Position numbers and translations under genes: made by a program. Shown here piece after piece: positions 1 to 9,745 of a stretch of 64,000 nt of DNA. The notes below the pieces were generated by a model. That model did no database searches, was not told the DNA's origin, and was given only the letters and a program-made list of their open reading frames with translations. This DNA is from Candidatus Zhuqueibacterota bacterium. GTDB lineage: Bacteria > Zhuqueibacterota > Zhuqueibacteria > Residuimicrobiales > Residuimicrobiaceae. How positions within the stretch are numbered: the first letter of the stretch is position 1; each line of letters begins with the position of its first letter. The DNA lies in assembly GCA_963169875.1 (NCBI GenBank), contig CAUJEL010000197.1, forward strand, positions 12,395-76,394, given 5' to 3'.

Positions 1-1777
1 CGTTCTCGCTGCACAGGCCGCTCAAGGGAATTGTCAGGGGATTCTCATCCGGGTCATCGCTCGTTATCTGCAGCAGGGCGCTCTTCGAACCCAGGGAAAC
101 CGGCGCGAACGTCACGGTCAGGGCCGTTGAATCGTGCGCGGGCACACTGGCGTTAACAAGGGGACCGGCGCTGAAATCGGCTGAATCCGGTCCGAGGATG
201 GCCGTTGATTGCAGCACGAGTGCAAAGTCGCCCACATTCCTGATCCACAGTGTCGCATCGGCACGGCGGCCGGCCGTGAGCACGGTGAAATCCACGGTAT
301 CGGGCTGCACTTCAATATCCGGTTCGGCGCCGGTGCCAGTCAGGGGTACTTCGAAAGGATTGTTGGCCGCATCATTGCTGAAAATCTTTAATAAAGCGTT
401 ATTAACGCCGGGGAGGGACGGCCGGAAGCTGATGGCAATCTCTTGTGCTGCGCCGGGCGCCAAAGTCAAGGGAGCGGCGCCGCTGTCGATGGTGAACTGC
501 AGGGAATCCGGGCCGGCGATTCGGGTTGCTGACAGGATGAGTTCAGCGGTGCCGCTGTTGCTGATGATGAAGGATTGCGAGGCGGAGCCGCCAATGCGTA
601 CACAGCCATACGCCCCGGAATCAGGCAAAACGGCAATTTTTGGTTCCACGCCCGTACCGCTCAGCGGCACATCCAGCGGGTTCTCGTCGGTGTCGTCGCT
701 GACGATGCGCATGAGCGCATTTTTATCACCCGCGGATCGCGGAGAAAAATGGATATCAATATTGCGCAGGCTTCCGGGTGCCAGAGAAAAGGCGCCGCCG
801 TTGCTGATGGCGAATTCCAGCGAATCCGCTCCCATCAGTGTGGTGGAACTGATTCCAAGTGTTGCGGTGCCCGTATTCTTCACCACAAAGGTCTGGCTCG
901 CGCTCGAGTCCACCAGGACGGCGCCAAAGGTGCCGGCAGGGGGAGAACAATCGATGTCGGGCGCCACACCCGTGCCGGTCAAGGTGACATCCAGGGGATT
1001 CTCATCCGGATCGTTGCTGGCGATGCGAAAAATGGCGTTTTTCACACCCAGGGCGGTTGGCCTGAAACTGATGACGATATCGCGTTTGGCCCCGGCCGCC
1101 AGCGAAAAAGCCCCACCGCCGCTGCTGATGGCATATTGACCGGGATCCGAACCGGTCAAGGTGGTGGAGGTCACATTCAAAGTGACCGCTCCGGTGTTGG
1201 ACACCGAGAAAGTTTGATTGGAACTGCTGCCTTTGAGAACCTGGCCATAATTTTTGGAGGTGGGTGAGATGGCGATGTCGGGCGCGACACCGACGCCGCT
1301 GAGGTTCACATCAAACGGACTCTCATCCGGATCGTTGCTGATGATGCGCACCTTGGCGCTTTTGGCGCCGGGTGAGGTCGGCCTGAAACTGATCTGCACA
1401 CCGATGGTCACGCCCGGGGACATGGAGTAGGGGGGAGGTTCCGGCGCGCCCGGTCCATCGAGGGTGAACTGGTCGACGTTGGCGCCCAACTGCTGCACAT
1501 CGGTGATGACCAGGGTTGCCAGCCCGAGATTGCTGATGAGAAACATCTGGCTGGCGCTGGCGCCGACGGGAACATTGCCATAATTTTTCGAGGAGGGTGA
1601 GATGCGAATGTCGGGCGATAACGCCGCGTCTTCGATTTTAGAATCCCCGAAAGTCACTTCCCCTGTAATGGGAATAAATGAAACGCTTACGCTGCCCGGA
1701 GATTGTGCGAAAACAAGTTGCGCGATAAGCAGGGCAGTTCCTCCTGCCAGTCCACCAAGCATCTTTTTAAACTGCAT
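1..1777 (-). CDS. Secreted protein made of tandem ~95-aa HYDIN/ASPM-SPD2-type (choice-of-anchor D) Ig-like repeats. The N-terminus is in the window and the C-terminus runs off the left edge.
   Basis: Reverse-strand translation from the ATG at 1777 gives a signal peptide (MQFKKMLGGLAGGTALLIAQLVFAQS). It is followed by repeated modules ending in the signature ...RIxSNDPDExPxDVxLxGxGVAPDI. No stop is encountered down to position 1, so the ORF is open at the edge and absent from the ORF track. Confidence 0.6.
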   Translation of the reverse strand, partial: MQFKKMLGGLAGGTALLIAQLVFAQSPGSVSVSFIPITGEVTFGDSKIEDAALSPDIRISPSSKNYGNVPVGASASQMFLISNLGLATLVITDVQQLGANVDQFTLDGPGAPEPPPYSMSPGVTIGVQISFRPTSPGAKSAKVRIISNDPDESPFDVNLSGVGVAPDIAISPTSKNYGQVLKGSSSNQTFSVSNTGAVTLNVTSTTLTGSDPGQYAISSGGGAFSLAAGAKRDIVISFRPTALGVKNAIFRIASNDPDENPLDVTLTGTGVAPDIDCSPPAGTFGAVLVDSSASQTFVVKNTGTATLGISSTTLMGADSLEFAISNGGAFSLAPGSLRNIDIHFSPRSAGDKNALMRIVSDDTDENPLDVPLSGTGVEPKIAVLPDSGAYGCVRIGGSASQSFIISNSGTAELILSATRIAGPDSLQFTIDSGAAPLTLAPGAAQEIAISFRPSLPGVNNALLKIFSNDAANNPFEVPLTGTGAEPDIEVQPDTVDFTVLTAGRRADATLWIRNVGDFALVLQSTAILGPDSADFSAGPLVNASVPAHDSTALTVTFAPVSLGSKSALLQITSDDPDENPLTIPLSGLCSEN

Positions 1778-2041
1778 AGAAAGTCTCCGGGCTTTTCGAA
1801 CATGACGACAATTGGTTCAACAGGGCAATGGATGTCGGGAATTAACTCACGTACAAATATAACTTTATTCAAATTTGCGATCAAGATAATTCTGGTCAAA
1901 GAACAGTGGCCCTTTAACCTGAATAATCTCTAACCACGAAGGCTCCACAATTGCGTGGAGCCTCCGTGTTTAGTTTCATATTTGGATGCCGAAAATCTCG
2001 CGTGTCGTGCTGCCGTTCGTGGACATCGGTCGTGTGACTGT

Positions 2042-3127
2042 TTACGGCGCCACCAGAATCGCCACCAGCGGGCCATCCGGATCGCCGTTCTCCTGCAGGA
2101 TCGGGAAATCGCCTTTGTAGCACCAGTGGCAGTAGGCGATGCCGTTGGTTTTGAAAATGTCGACCACGTCCTGGTAGTAACGCAGCCTGATTTCGTTATC
2201 GATGGTTGGATAGACGCCGAACTCACCGCAGTACAAAGGCAGTTTTTTCTCGCGGGCATAGGTTATGGCCGGCATCATCTCTTTCTCCAGCCGCGCTTTA
2301 TCGAAAAAACCGTTGGCATAACCGCGCATGGTTTCGACCGCGGCCGGGGAGAGTTGACGGTACACCAGCGTATCCACGATCTGCCCCGGATAATTAACCG
2401 GTCCGGCATACTCCGACAGGGGTGACCACCACGCCTGATGATGCGTCAGCGCAAAAGGCGTATAAAAATGGTAACTCAGGATGAGGTGCGGGTCATTTTC
2501 CGGAATGCGCAGGGTTGGGAAGGTGTAGGCGTTTTGCCACATGTTGGAGCCGACCACAATGACCCGTTCCGGCTCTTCGGCGCGGATCTCCCTGATCATC
2601 CGGGCGATGAGATTGTTCCAGTCCTCGGGGTTGTTTGCCACCGCTTCATTGAGGATTTCATAGGCCAGCATGCTGGTGGGATACACACGCAGTCCTGCCG
2701 AGAGCTGTTTCCACAGATCCGCCAGTTTATCCTGTTCCTTTGGATCGGTCCACAGGGTATTGTTGTTGGCATTGAAATAATGCGAGCGGATGATGTGGAG
2801 ATCCACAATCACGCGCAGCTTGTTGGCCAGCGCCCAGTCGATGGCGTTGTGGAGCAGTTTGAAAGCCTCTTCCTCTTTGTGGCCGGTCGAGTCCCAGAGC
2901 TGCACTTCGTCCACCGGGATGCGCACGTGATCGAATCCCATATCGGCGATTTTTTTGAAATCTTCTGCGGTGATGTATTCGAGCCGTTCCTGGCCGCGCT
3001 TTTCGCTCTGCGACAGCCAGTGGCTGACATTGACGCCTTTTACGATTTCAAATTTGCCGGCGGCTTTCTCAGCAGCGCATGAAAGAATGAACGCAGCAAA
3101 CAATGTGTACGTGATCAGTTTTCTCAT
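2042..3127 (-). CDS. Glycoside hydrolase family 5 (endoglucanase/mannanase-like) lipoprotein
   Basis: Lipoprotein-type signal MRKLITYTLFAAFILSC. GH5 hallmarks are present: ...YEILNEA... as the acid/base region and ...LYCGEFG... as the nucleophile region. The start at 3127 is preceded by an AGGAGAAGGA ribosome-binding site. Confidence 0.7.
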   Translation of the reverse strand: MRKLITYTLFAAFILSCAAEKAAGKFEIVKGVNVSHWLSQSEKRGQERLEYITAEDFKKIADMGFDHVRIPVDEVQLWDSTGHKEEEAFKLLHNAIDWALANKLRVIVDLHIIRSHYFNANNNTLWTDPKEQDKLADLWKQLSAGLRVYPTSMLAYEILNEAVANNPEDWNNLIARMIREIRAEEPERVIVVGSNMWQNAYTFPTLRIPENDPHLILSYHFYTPFALTHHQAWWSPLSEYAGPVNYPGQIVDTLVYRQLSPAAVETMRGYANGFFDKARLEKEMMPAITYAREKKLPLYCGEFGVYPTIDNEIRLRYYQDVVDIFKTNGIAYCHWCYKGDFPILQENGDPDGPLVAILVAP

Positions 3128-3326
3128 TTTCCTTCTCCTGATTTTATTGTTTCTTGCGGAGCGTAAATAGATGCTCTGCATAGTGCGTGGTATCGATGAG
3201 GACTTTTTTCAGCAACGTCTCATAACCGCTTTTGCTCAATGCGACGTTGATGGAATCTGGCGAGATCCAGGTATCATGGACTTTCGGGCCGGTTCTATCA
3301 ATGTACGGGATGGCTCTTCCGAACGG

Positions 3327-3860
3327 TTATTGTTTCGCGTAGCTTCTGCTGAGCCACTTTTCAAACCGTCCCCCAAACCACAGCGCTGACGAAAACAGGA
3401 CAACGCCTGTCAATACCATAAGGAGGAACCATGTCCCCAGTTCGCTCCAGAACAAGGGATTGCTTTTGGTTCTGATGATCGCATAGATGCCATAGGGCAG
3501 ACTGAGAAGACTCGTCACAATGACGGGCACATATTTTTTCAACACCGCAAACATGACGATATGAAAAAGCACATGCGCGAAGAAGACGAGAAACGCGGCC
3601 GTCCAGAGTGCATACAGGTTGAACTCCACGGCCGCAAAAATCAGCGCGCTGAAGAAAATGAATTCCAGCGCGATCACGAAAGCGATGGCGGGCGTGGACA
3701 GGTTTTCGAAATGTGATAACATCCGGGATGCCAGAAACGGATACTTTTTCCGCACATCTGCGCCGTTTTTCGAGATCCAGGCTTTCATCATGATGATTTC
3801 TTCGAATTCGTGGATCATGAAAACCGGGAGCAGCAACCACATCAGATTGACAAGTTTCAT
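3327..3860 (-). CDS. HXXEE-domain membrane protein
   Basis: An HEFEE motif sits in the first TM helix and the rest is a multi-TM hydrophobic profile. It overlaps the upstream gene by 4 bp (ATGA), so it is probably co-transcribed with the DUF1295 gene. Confidence 0.55.
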   Translation of the reverse strand: MKLVNLMWLLLPVFMIHEFEEIIMMKAWISKNGADVRKKYPFLASRMLSHFENLSTPAIAFVIALEFIFFSALIFAAVEFNLYALWTAAFLVFFAHVLFHIVMFAVLKKYVPVIVTSLLSLPYGIYAIIRTKSNPLFWSELGTWFLLMVLTGVVLFSSALWFGGRFEKWLSRSYAKQ

Positions 3861-4756
3861 GGATTGTCCTTGTGTACTGCTCTGTTCGATAAAATCCGCG
3901 GAACCAGGACCGGCGTACTTGTTTTGTACCGCTCATACGCCTCCTGGCCGCCCCATTTTTGCTGTGCTTTTTTCTCCAGCAGCGGGATGCCGCTGATGCG
4001 GGTGAGGAGCACATAGACGAAGAGGGGCGAGAGCAGCGTGACCCATTGCCAGCCGTGCAATACCGGTGCCGCGATGACGGCGATCCCCACCCAGAGCATG
4101 ATTTCACCGAAATAATTCGGGTGGCGCGAGAGCGACCACAGGCCGGTGCGAATGAACCGGCCTCGGTTGGCGGGATCCTTGCTGAAACGCCGCTTCTGCG
4201 CATCAGCCACCACCTCGAATAGAAATCCGCACAACCACAGCATGAAACCGATGGCTGTTATTGCATCCATTGGTTTGCGAAGGGTTGAAGAGATCGCAGC
4301 CAGGGCGGCTGCCGCGGTGAAGGCCACCCATAATCCTTGCATGATCCAGTCGTTCAGGAAACGGATGAAGGAGGGTTTGAGCGCATCGTAGCGGTCGTCC
4401 TTGCCCGCCCGGCGGATGCGGGTGAAGAGAAAAAGGCCGAGACGGATGGCCCAGATCACAACCAGCGCTGCGATCAATGCGGCGCGTGCGTCGATGCCGG
4501 GGCTCAAGACCACGGCGAGGAGTATCAGCGTAATATAGGTGATGCTGCCAGCCAGATCATAAAAATATTCGCTTTGCAGCAGAAAAGCCGGAATGAAGGC
4601 CACTACCTGAATGGCAAAGGCCACGGCCACAGTCAGCGCAAAAACCGGCACGCCGGCGCAGACAGCCCCCCGGTGACTGCCCGCGATGGCGATCAAAGCG
4701 CCGATGAGGATAGCCAGGGGCACAGCGATGAGAGCAATACGATCAGATTTGTTCAT
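3857..4756 (-). CDS. DUF1295 family membrane protein (steroid 5-alpha-reductase / ICMT-like fold)
   Basis: Polytopic membrane protein with the C-terminal ...SLSRHPNYFGEIMLWVGIAV... signature typical of DUF1295 / 3-oxo-5-alpha-steroid 4-dehydrogenase-like proteins. Confidence 0.6.
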   Translation of the reverse strand: MNKSDRIALIAVPLAILIGALIAIAGSHRGAVCAGVPVFALTVAVAFAIQVVAFIPAFLLQSEYFYDLAGSITYITLILLAVVLSPGIDARAALIAALVVIWAIRLGLFLFTRIRRAGKDDRYDALKPSFIRFLNDWIMQGLWVAFTAAAALAAISSTLRKPMDAITAIGFMLWLCGFLFEVVADAQKRRFSKDPANRGRFIRTGLWSLSRHPNYFGEIMLWVGIAVIAAPVLHGWQWVTLLSPLFVYVLLTRISGIPLLEKKAQQKWGGQEAYERYKTSTPVLVPRILSNRAVHKDNP

Positions 4757-5018
4757 GGTTTTCTTTGATGTTACAAAAAATACGCTGCAAATGCAAGAAA
4801 AATGGTTGGTAGCCGCTATTTTCCGGTAGAACGCAACAGCTGCATTCGCGCGTACAGTATTTATGCTTGTATTACACCGGCTGATTTGCTATTTTACGAC
4901 GTCATCCGGGGCAGGCGCACCTGAGCGGCTGGCTGGTACCGATATGGCTTCGGCATGGACTCAGGCGTATCTTGCGTCTGAAAATGGAAACTTGCATGCA
5001 CAACATGACAGGAGGAAC

Positions 5019-5957
5019 ATGACAGAACCCAAAACCTCGCTCGTGCAGATTCTGCGCGCCCCGTTTTTTTCATCGATTCTGGCGCCGCTGCTTGTCGGCG
5101 CGCTTATTGGCGCCATCATCCATGGCTCAGTCGCCTGGCTGGGCCTTGCGCTCATCCTGGTGATGGGATTGGGTTTGCACGCGGCAACCAATGTGTATAA
5201 TGATATCTATGACACGCTGCAGGGTACTGATCGCATCAACCTGCATCGCAACGATTTCAGCGGCGGGTCGGGATTGCTGGTGCAGCATCCGGAACTCTTG
5301 CCGCGCATGTACCGCGTTGCGCGCGTCTCGCTGCTGGTGGCGTTGACAGCCGCGGTCGTCCTGGTATTATTATTGCCAAATCCCTTGCGGCCTTATTTGA
5401 TCGGTTTGTATGCACTGGCCGCTTTTTTCAGCAAGTACTACACCGCTGCCCCCATCAAGCTGGCATCGCGCGGCCTCGGCGAAATTTCCGTCTGGTTCGC
5501 ATTCGGCCCCATGGCCGTGCTGGCCGGTGCGCTCAGTCAGCAGGCCACCTTTCATCCCTATGTGGTGGCGGCGATGCCCTTGACCGGTTTGAGCACGGCT
5601 TCCATCCTCTGGATGGGGCAGATGATTGATCTACCCGCGGATGCCGCCGCGGGCAAGCGCGGGATGGTCGCCCGGCTTGGCAGCGGTGTTGCACGCTACG
5701 GCTTTGTGGTGATTCATCTGTTGCTGGTCACGGGCATCACTGCACTGGCCTGGCGGCTGCAACCGGCCGGATGGATCATCCTGATCGCCTTGCTGCCATA
5801 TCCATTGCTATTCCGGCGCGCCTGGCGCACGGTTCACCTCTATCACGATCAGCCCGCTGAACTGAAAGCGGCGGCGGGCCTCAACGTGCAGATGCATCTG
5901 CTGTTCTCGCTATTGATCGTTGTGGCGCTGGCCCTTGTTCTGATCCTGAACACCTGA
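5019..5957 (+). CDS. UbiA-family aromatic prenyltransferase, MenA-like
   Basis: Carries the NVYNDIYD Asp-rich motif (NDxxDxxxD) and about 8-9 predicted TM helices. The N-terminus (LVQILRAPFFSSILAPLLVGALIG) resembles MenA / DHNA-octaprenyltransferase. An internal ATG at 5019 was chosen over the longer 4863 ORF. Confidence 0.7.
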   Translation: MTEPKTSLVQILRAPFFSSILAPLLVGALIGAIIHGSVAWLGLALILVMGLGLHAATNVYNDIYDTLQGTDRINLHRNDFSGGSGLLVQHPELLPRMYRVARVSLLVALTAAVVLVLLLPNPLRPYLIGLYALAAFFSKYYTAAPIKLASRGLGEISVWFAFGPMAVLAGALSQQATFHPYVVAAMPLTGLSTASILWMGQMIDLPADAAAGKRGMVARLGSGVARYGFVVIHLLLVTGITALAWRLQPAGWIILIALLPYPLLFRRAWRTVHLYHDQPAELKAAAGLNVQMHLLFSLLIVVALALVLILNT

Positions 5958-6023
5958 TGCTGCTTGAAATCAAGGTACTATTTCCAATGCACACCATCTT
6001 CTCGTTGAATAACGGATATTACG

Positions 6024-7025
6024 ATGTTCAAGAAAATCAGCCAGGTTCTGGATCCGCTCGCTTTCCACGGCGCCGCTAAAAAACCGCCTTTTTTCGAGGG
6101 GTGGTATTTCAAGTGCGTCAGCGGCGGCGGGGAGCAACTCGCCATCATTCCGGGTGTGCACCTGCATCCGCAGGCCGGGGAGAGTCACGCCTTCATTCAG
6201 ATACTGCAGGGCGGCAGCAACGCTACGAACTATATCCGCTATCCGCTTACAGACTTTAAGGCGGCGACAAGAGGTTTATCCTTTTCGCTATCCGGCAACC
6301 ATTTTTCGTTACATCAAATCCATCTGGATATCAATGAACCCGGACTGCGGCTGTGCGGTGAAGTGCATTTTTCCGGCCTGCAGCCGTGGCCTGTGACTGT
6401 ACGCTCGCCCGGGGCCATGGGCTGGTATGCCTGGGCGCCTTTCATGCAGTGCTACCATGGTGTCGGCAGTCTCGATCACCTCTTGTCCGGCCGGCTTTCC
6501 CTCAATGATCACCCGATTGATTTCACCGGCGGCCGCGGTTATCTGGAAAAAGACTGGGGGTCCTCATTCCCCAGCGCTTACATCTGGATGCAAAGCAACC
6601 ATTTTGCGATTCCGGCGACCGGTTTGATGATTTCCGTAGCGATGATTCCATGGCTAGGCGGCAAATCGTTCGCAGGATTCATCGCGGGCTTTTTGCTCAA
6701 TGGCCGCTTGTTCAGGCTGGCGACCTATACCGGTGCAGACTTGCGCGTTTTGCGGGTGGAGGATCACACGATCCATGTGGAAATTGAAAGCCGTCGTCAT
6801 CGTCTCCAGGTGACGGCGCACCGGGCCACAGGCGGGTGGCTGCAGGCGCCCGGCACGAGCGGCATGGGCGCGCGCATCGCGGAAACCCTGCAGGGCCGGC
6901 TCGATGTCCTGTTTTTTGAAAAGAAATCATCGCGGGAGAACCTGCTGTTCAACGGTACTGGCTTGCATGCGGGATTGGACGCCGCCGGGAAATTGTCGCA
7001 GTTATGCGAGGCCGGTGATGCGTGA
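6024..7025 (+). CDS. Tocopherol-cyclase-like protein (VTE1 / PF14249 family)
   Basis: The N-terminal PPFFEGWYFK motif matches the conserved FFEGWY(F/Y) block of plant and cyanobacterial tocopherol cyclases. The soluble ~330-aa length fits. The gene lies 66 bp downstream of the UbiA gene on the same strand. Confidence 0.5.
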   Translation: MFKKISQVLDPLAFHGAAKKPPFFEGWYFKCVSGGGEQLAIIPGVHLHPQAGESHAFIQILQGGSNATNYIRYPLTDFKAATRGLSFSLSGNHFSLHQIHLDINEPGLRLCGEVHFSGLQPWPVTVRSPGAMGWYAWAPFMQCYHGVGSLDHLLSGRLSLNDHPIDFTGGRGYLEKDWGSSFPSAYIWMQSNHFAIPATGLMISVAMIPWLGGKSFAGFIAGFLLNGRLFRLATYTGADLRVLRVEDHTIHVEIESRRHRLQVTAHRATGGWLQAPGTSGMGARIAETLQGRLDVLFFEKKSSRENLLFNGTGLHAGLDAAGKLSQLCEAGDA

Positions 7026-7482
7026 TTTTTTCATACAGAGCCTGCTGATCCTCACGGATTACGAAAAATTGCCTCATATGATGATGTTACTGAATGCCCC
7101 GACAAAATAAAAGAATAATTCGATACCGGCTTCTAACCTGTTCAATTCATAAACCGCCGCGATCGCCAAGCTGTTTTTATCGGGATTATCAATAAATTTA
7201 TGTTTTGTATTTCATCTCAATCATAAAAGTTACTATCGATGCTATTTTTTTTGTTTTTTTTTGTGCGTCTCTGCGTTCTCGGTGGTGAATAATTCAGGCC
7301 AACCTTTTTTTGACGTTATCAATGTGATCCCATCCTGCGAAATCATTGGCAGCAATTTTCATGCTGCATGCGAAATCATTTTTATATCTCTTCCCTTTGC
7401 TGTATATTATCAGTCCCATTTCAGTTGATCTGTTAAATGCTTTCTCTTTAATGATTACTTCATAAACAGCGCAGGTCCTTTC

Positions 7483-9639
7483 ATGAAACACATTATAGAG
7501 CGAAAGTCTCTGGTCGTCCTTTTGTATAGCGTTTATGCCCTGGCCGCCAGCTATGCCGGGCATGCTGATGCCGCAGGGGCGCGGTATGGTGCCAGCCTTG
7601 ACGAGGCATCCCCTCAGGTCCATGCCTATCACGCAAAATCGATGGCCGCAGCGCAGTGGTTCATCGCGCCCGGCGGTTCGGACAGCAACACCGGCTCCAT
7701 CGGCGATCCTTTCGCCACCCTGGAAAAAGCGAGCACGGTGGCCAATCCGGGAGATACCATCTATTTCCGCGCTGGCACCTATGGCGGCATCCGCCATAAC
7801 TTTCGCAACAGCAGCGGCTCGCCGGGCCAGCCCATCGTCGTGCGGCCGTATCAGGGCGAATCCGTCGTGCTCGACGGCACCGGCGTCAGCATCAGCAGCA
7901 GTCAATCGCTCCTGTCCGTCGCCAGCTACGATCCCGAGCCTCTGCATGACATCTCCATCGAAGGACTGGAGGTGCAAAATTCAAGCGGCCGCGGCATCAC
8001 CTATTACAATGTGACGCAGTTGCAGATCAAGGAGTGCACGGTGCACCACATCGCCTACAAGGGCATTGGCGGCTGGGGACATTACGTCACCATCAGCGCC
8101 AATACCGTGCATCATGCCGCCATGATTAATGAGAACGGCGTCATCGTCGGCGGCGGCTGGCCCGGCATCATTCAACCCAGCGAGAACTATGTGGACGGCG
8201 CGCCGGCCACCTGGCATACCATCTCGGGCAATACCGTGCACGATTGCTGGGGGGAAGGCATCCTCATCGGCAACAGCCACCATGTGACCGTCGAAAACAA
8301 CCTCGTCTATGACGTATTCAGCGTGCTGATCTACCTCGACAAGGTGAGTGACGTACTGGTGCGCAACAACTATCTCTACTGCGTCAATCCCGCCTATAAC
8401 CGGCCGGATAAGGGATATCCCGCCAATGCCATTTCCATGGCCAACGAAGCGCCCATCTCAGCGGGCGAGATCCCCATCGCCCGCATTCACATCTATAATA
8501 ATATCATGGCCGGCTGCGGCCGCGGCATCTCCTACTGGCAGGATTCGGCCAACACCGACGTTGAAAACAGTTATAGCGCGGTCTCGGTCTTTCATAACAC
8601 CATACACGATCCGGTGCACCAGGCCATCTGGTTCGACGAGGTACCCGCCGGTTACTCTGCGCCAGTGGATTGCCACATGCACAATAATATCATCGACCGC
8701 GGCAGCCTGCAAGCCGATGTGGGTAATCCTTCGGCCTGGTCCTTCAGTCACAATAACTGGGTGGTCAGCATTCCGGCTTTTGCAACCGACGCCAACAGCT
8801 TCACCGGGGATCCCCTGTTTACCGCTGCGGTGCCGGGCGGCGCAGCCGCGGGATTTCAACTCCAGTCCATTTCGCCCAACGTTAACGCCGGCAGCTTGTG
8901 CACCCCGGCTGTTGATGAGGATTACAGCGGCCTGGCGCGCGACGACGATCCGGATATCGGCGCTTATGAATACCCGCTGCCCGCACTGAAAGTACAAATG
9001 CGCCTGCTGCTGCAGGGCGCCTACGATGCGGCCGGCGACAGCCTCCGCACTGATCTGATTGCAGGCGGGTGGCTTACCCATGAATCCCCTTATGCCCAGG
9101 ACGCTGTGACGTTGAACCGGTTTCCCGACGATTCGCTGCAAATAGTTGATTGGATATTGCTGCAGCTGGTCGAGAATGACGGCGTCACCGTGGCTGCTTC
9201 CCGGAGTGCCTTCATCAATAAGGACGGATGGACCAGGAGCCGGTCGGGCCGGGATATGCTCTCTTTTCCGGGCGTCGCAGCGGGAACCTACTATCTTGGC
9301 GTGCGTCATCGCAATCACCTGACTGTGATGAGCGCCACCGCCCGGGTACTGGATAGCGGGATCCCCGCTGCTTTTGACTTCACCACAAGCCGTGATCAAT
9401 ATTATGGCCCGGAAAGCCGTGTGGAACTGGCCAGCGGCACATGGGGCGTGACCGCCGGGGATATGAATCAGGATGGCTTTATGACCACGAGCGATTACGT
9501 GCTTTGGTTCAATGCGCAGCGCGCCGCAGCGAGCGGCTATCAGATTCCGGATTTGACGCTGGATGGACAGGTCGATGCCGCTGATTTTCAGGTCTGGCAG
9601 TCGAATGCCCGGTGTGGATATGAGAGCGGACTGCCATGA
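7483..9639 (+). CDS. Secreted right-handed parallel beta-helix (pectate-lyase-fold) protein with a C-terminal dockerin-like module
   Basis: Signal peptide, a DUF1565-like start (GDTIYFRAGTYGG), repeated NxxGxxxxG beta-helix rungs, and a DIGAYEY cap. The C-terminus has two Ca-binding-loop-like segments, DMNQDGFMTTSD and DLTLDGQVDAAD. Confidence 0.6.
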   Translation: MKHIIERKSLVVLLYSVYALAASYAGHADAAGARYGASLDEASPQVHAYHAKSMAAAQWFIAPGGSDSNTGSIGDPFATLEKASTVANPGDTIYFRAGTYGGIRHNFRNSSGSPGQPIVVRPYQGESVVLDGTGVSISSSQSLLSVASYDPEPLHDISIEGLEVQNSSGRGITYYNVTQLQIKECTVHHIAYKGIGGWGHYVTISANTVHHAAMINENGVIVGGGWPGIIQPSENYVDGAPATWHTISGNTVHDCWGEGILIGNSHHVTVENNLVYDVFSVLIYLDKVSDVLVRNNYLYCVNPAYNRPDKGYPANAISMANEAPISAGEIPIARIHIYNNIMAGCGRGISYWQDSANTDVENSYSAVSVFHNTIHDPVHQAIWFDEVPAGYSAPVDCHMHNNIIDRGSLQADVGNPSAWSFSHNNWVVSIPAFATDANSFTGDPLFTAAVPGGAAAGFQLQSISPNVNAGSLCTPAVDEDYSGLARDDDPDIGAYEYPLPALKVQMRLLLQGAYDAAGDSLRTDLIAGGWLTHESPYAQDAVTLNRFPDDSLQIVDWILLQLVENDGVTVAASRSAFINKDGWTRSRSGRDMLSFPGVAAGTYYLGVRHRNHLTVMSATARVLDSGIPAAFDFTTSRDQYYGPESRVELASGTWGVTAGDMNQDGFMTTSDYVLWFNAQRAAASGYQIPDLTLDGQVDAADFQVWQSNARCGYESGLP

Positions 9640-9745
9640 TGAGCGAACGGAACGTGGAAATGAACGACTCGTTTGTTTTCAGCCGTGACGCTGCTGTAAG
9701 AATTAGTCAGACTACATTGAGTGGACAGGAATAAGGGATGCACGC

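Noticed and set aside
7294-7977. 227-aa minus-strand ORF overlapping the 5' end of the beta-helix gene
   Set aside because: It is antisense to a well-supported CDS with signal peptide and domain motifs. It is Ala/Arg/Gly-rich, as expected for an out-of-frame reading of GC-rich coding DNA.
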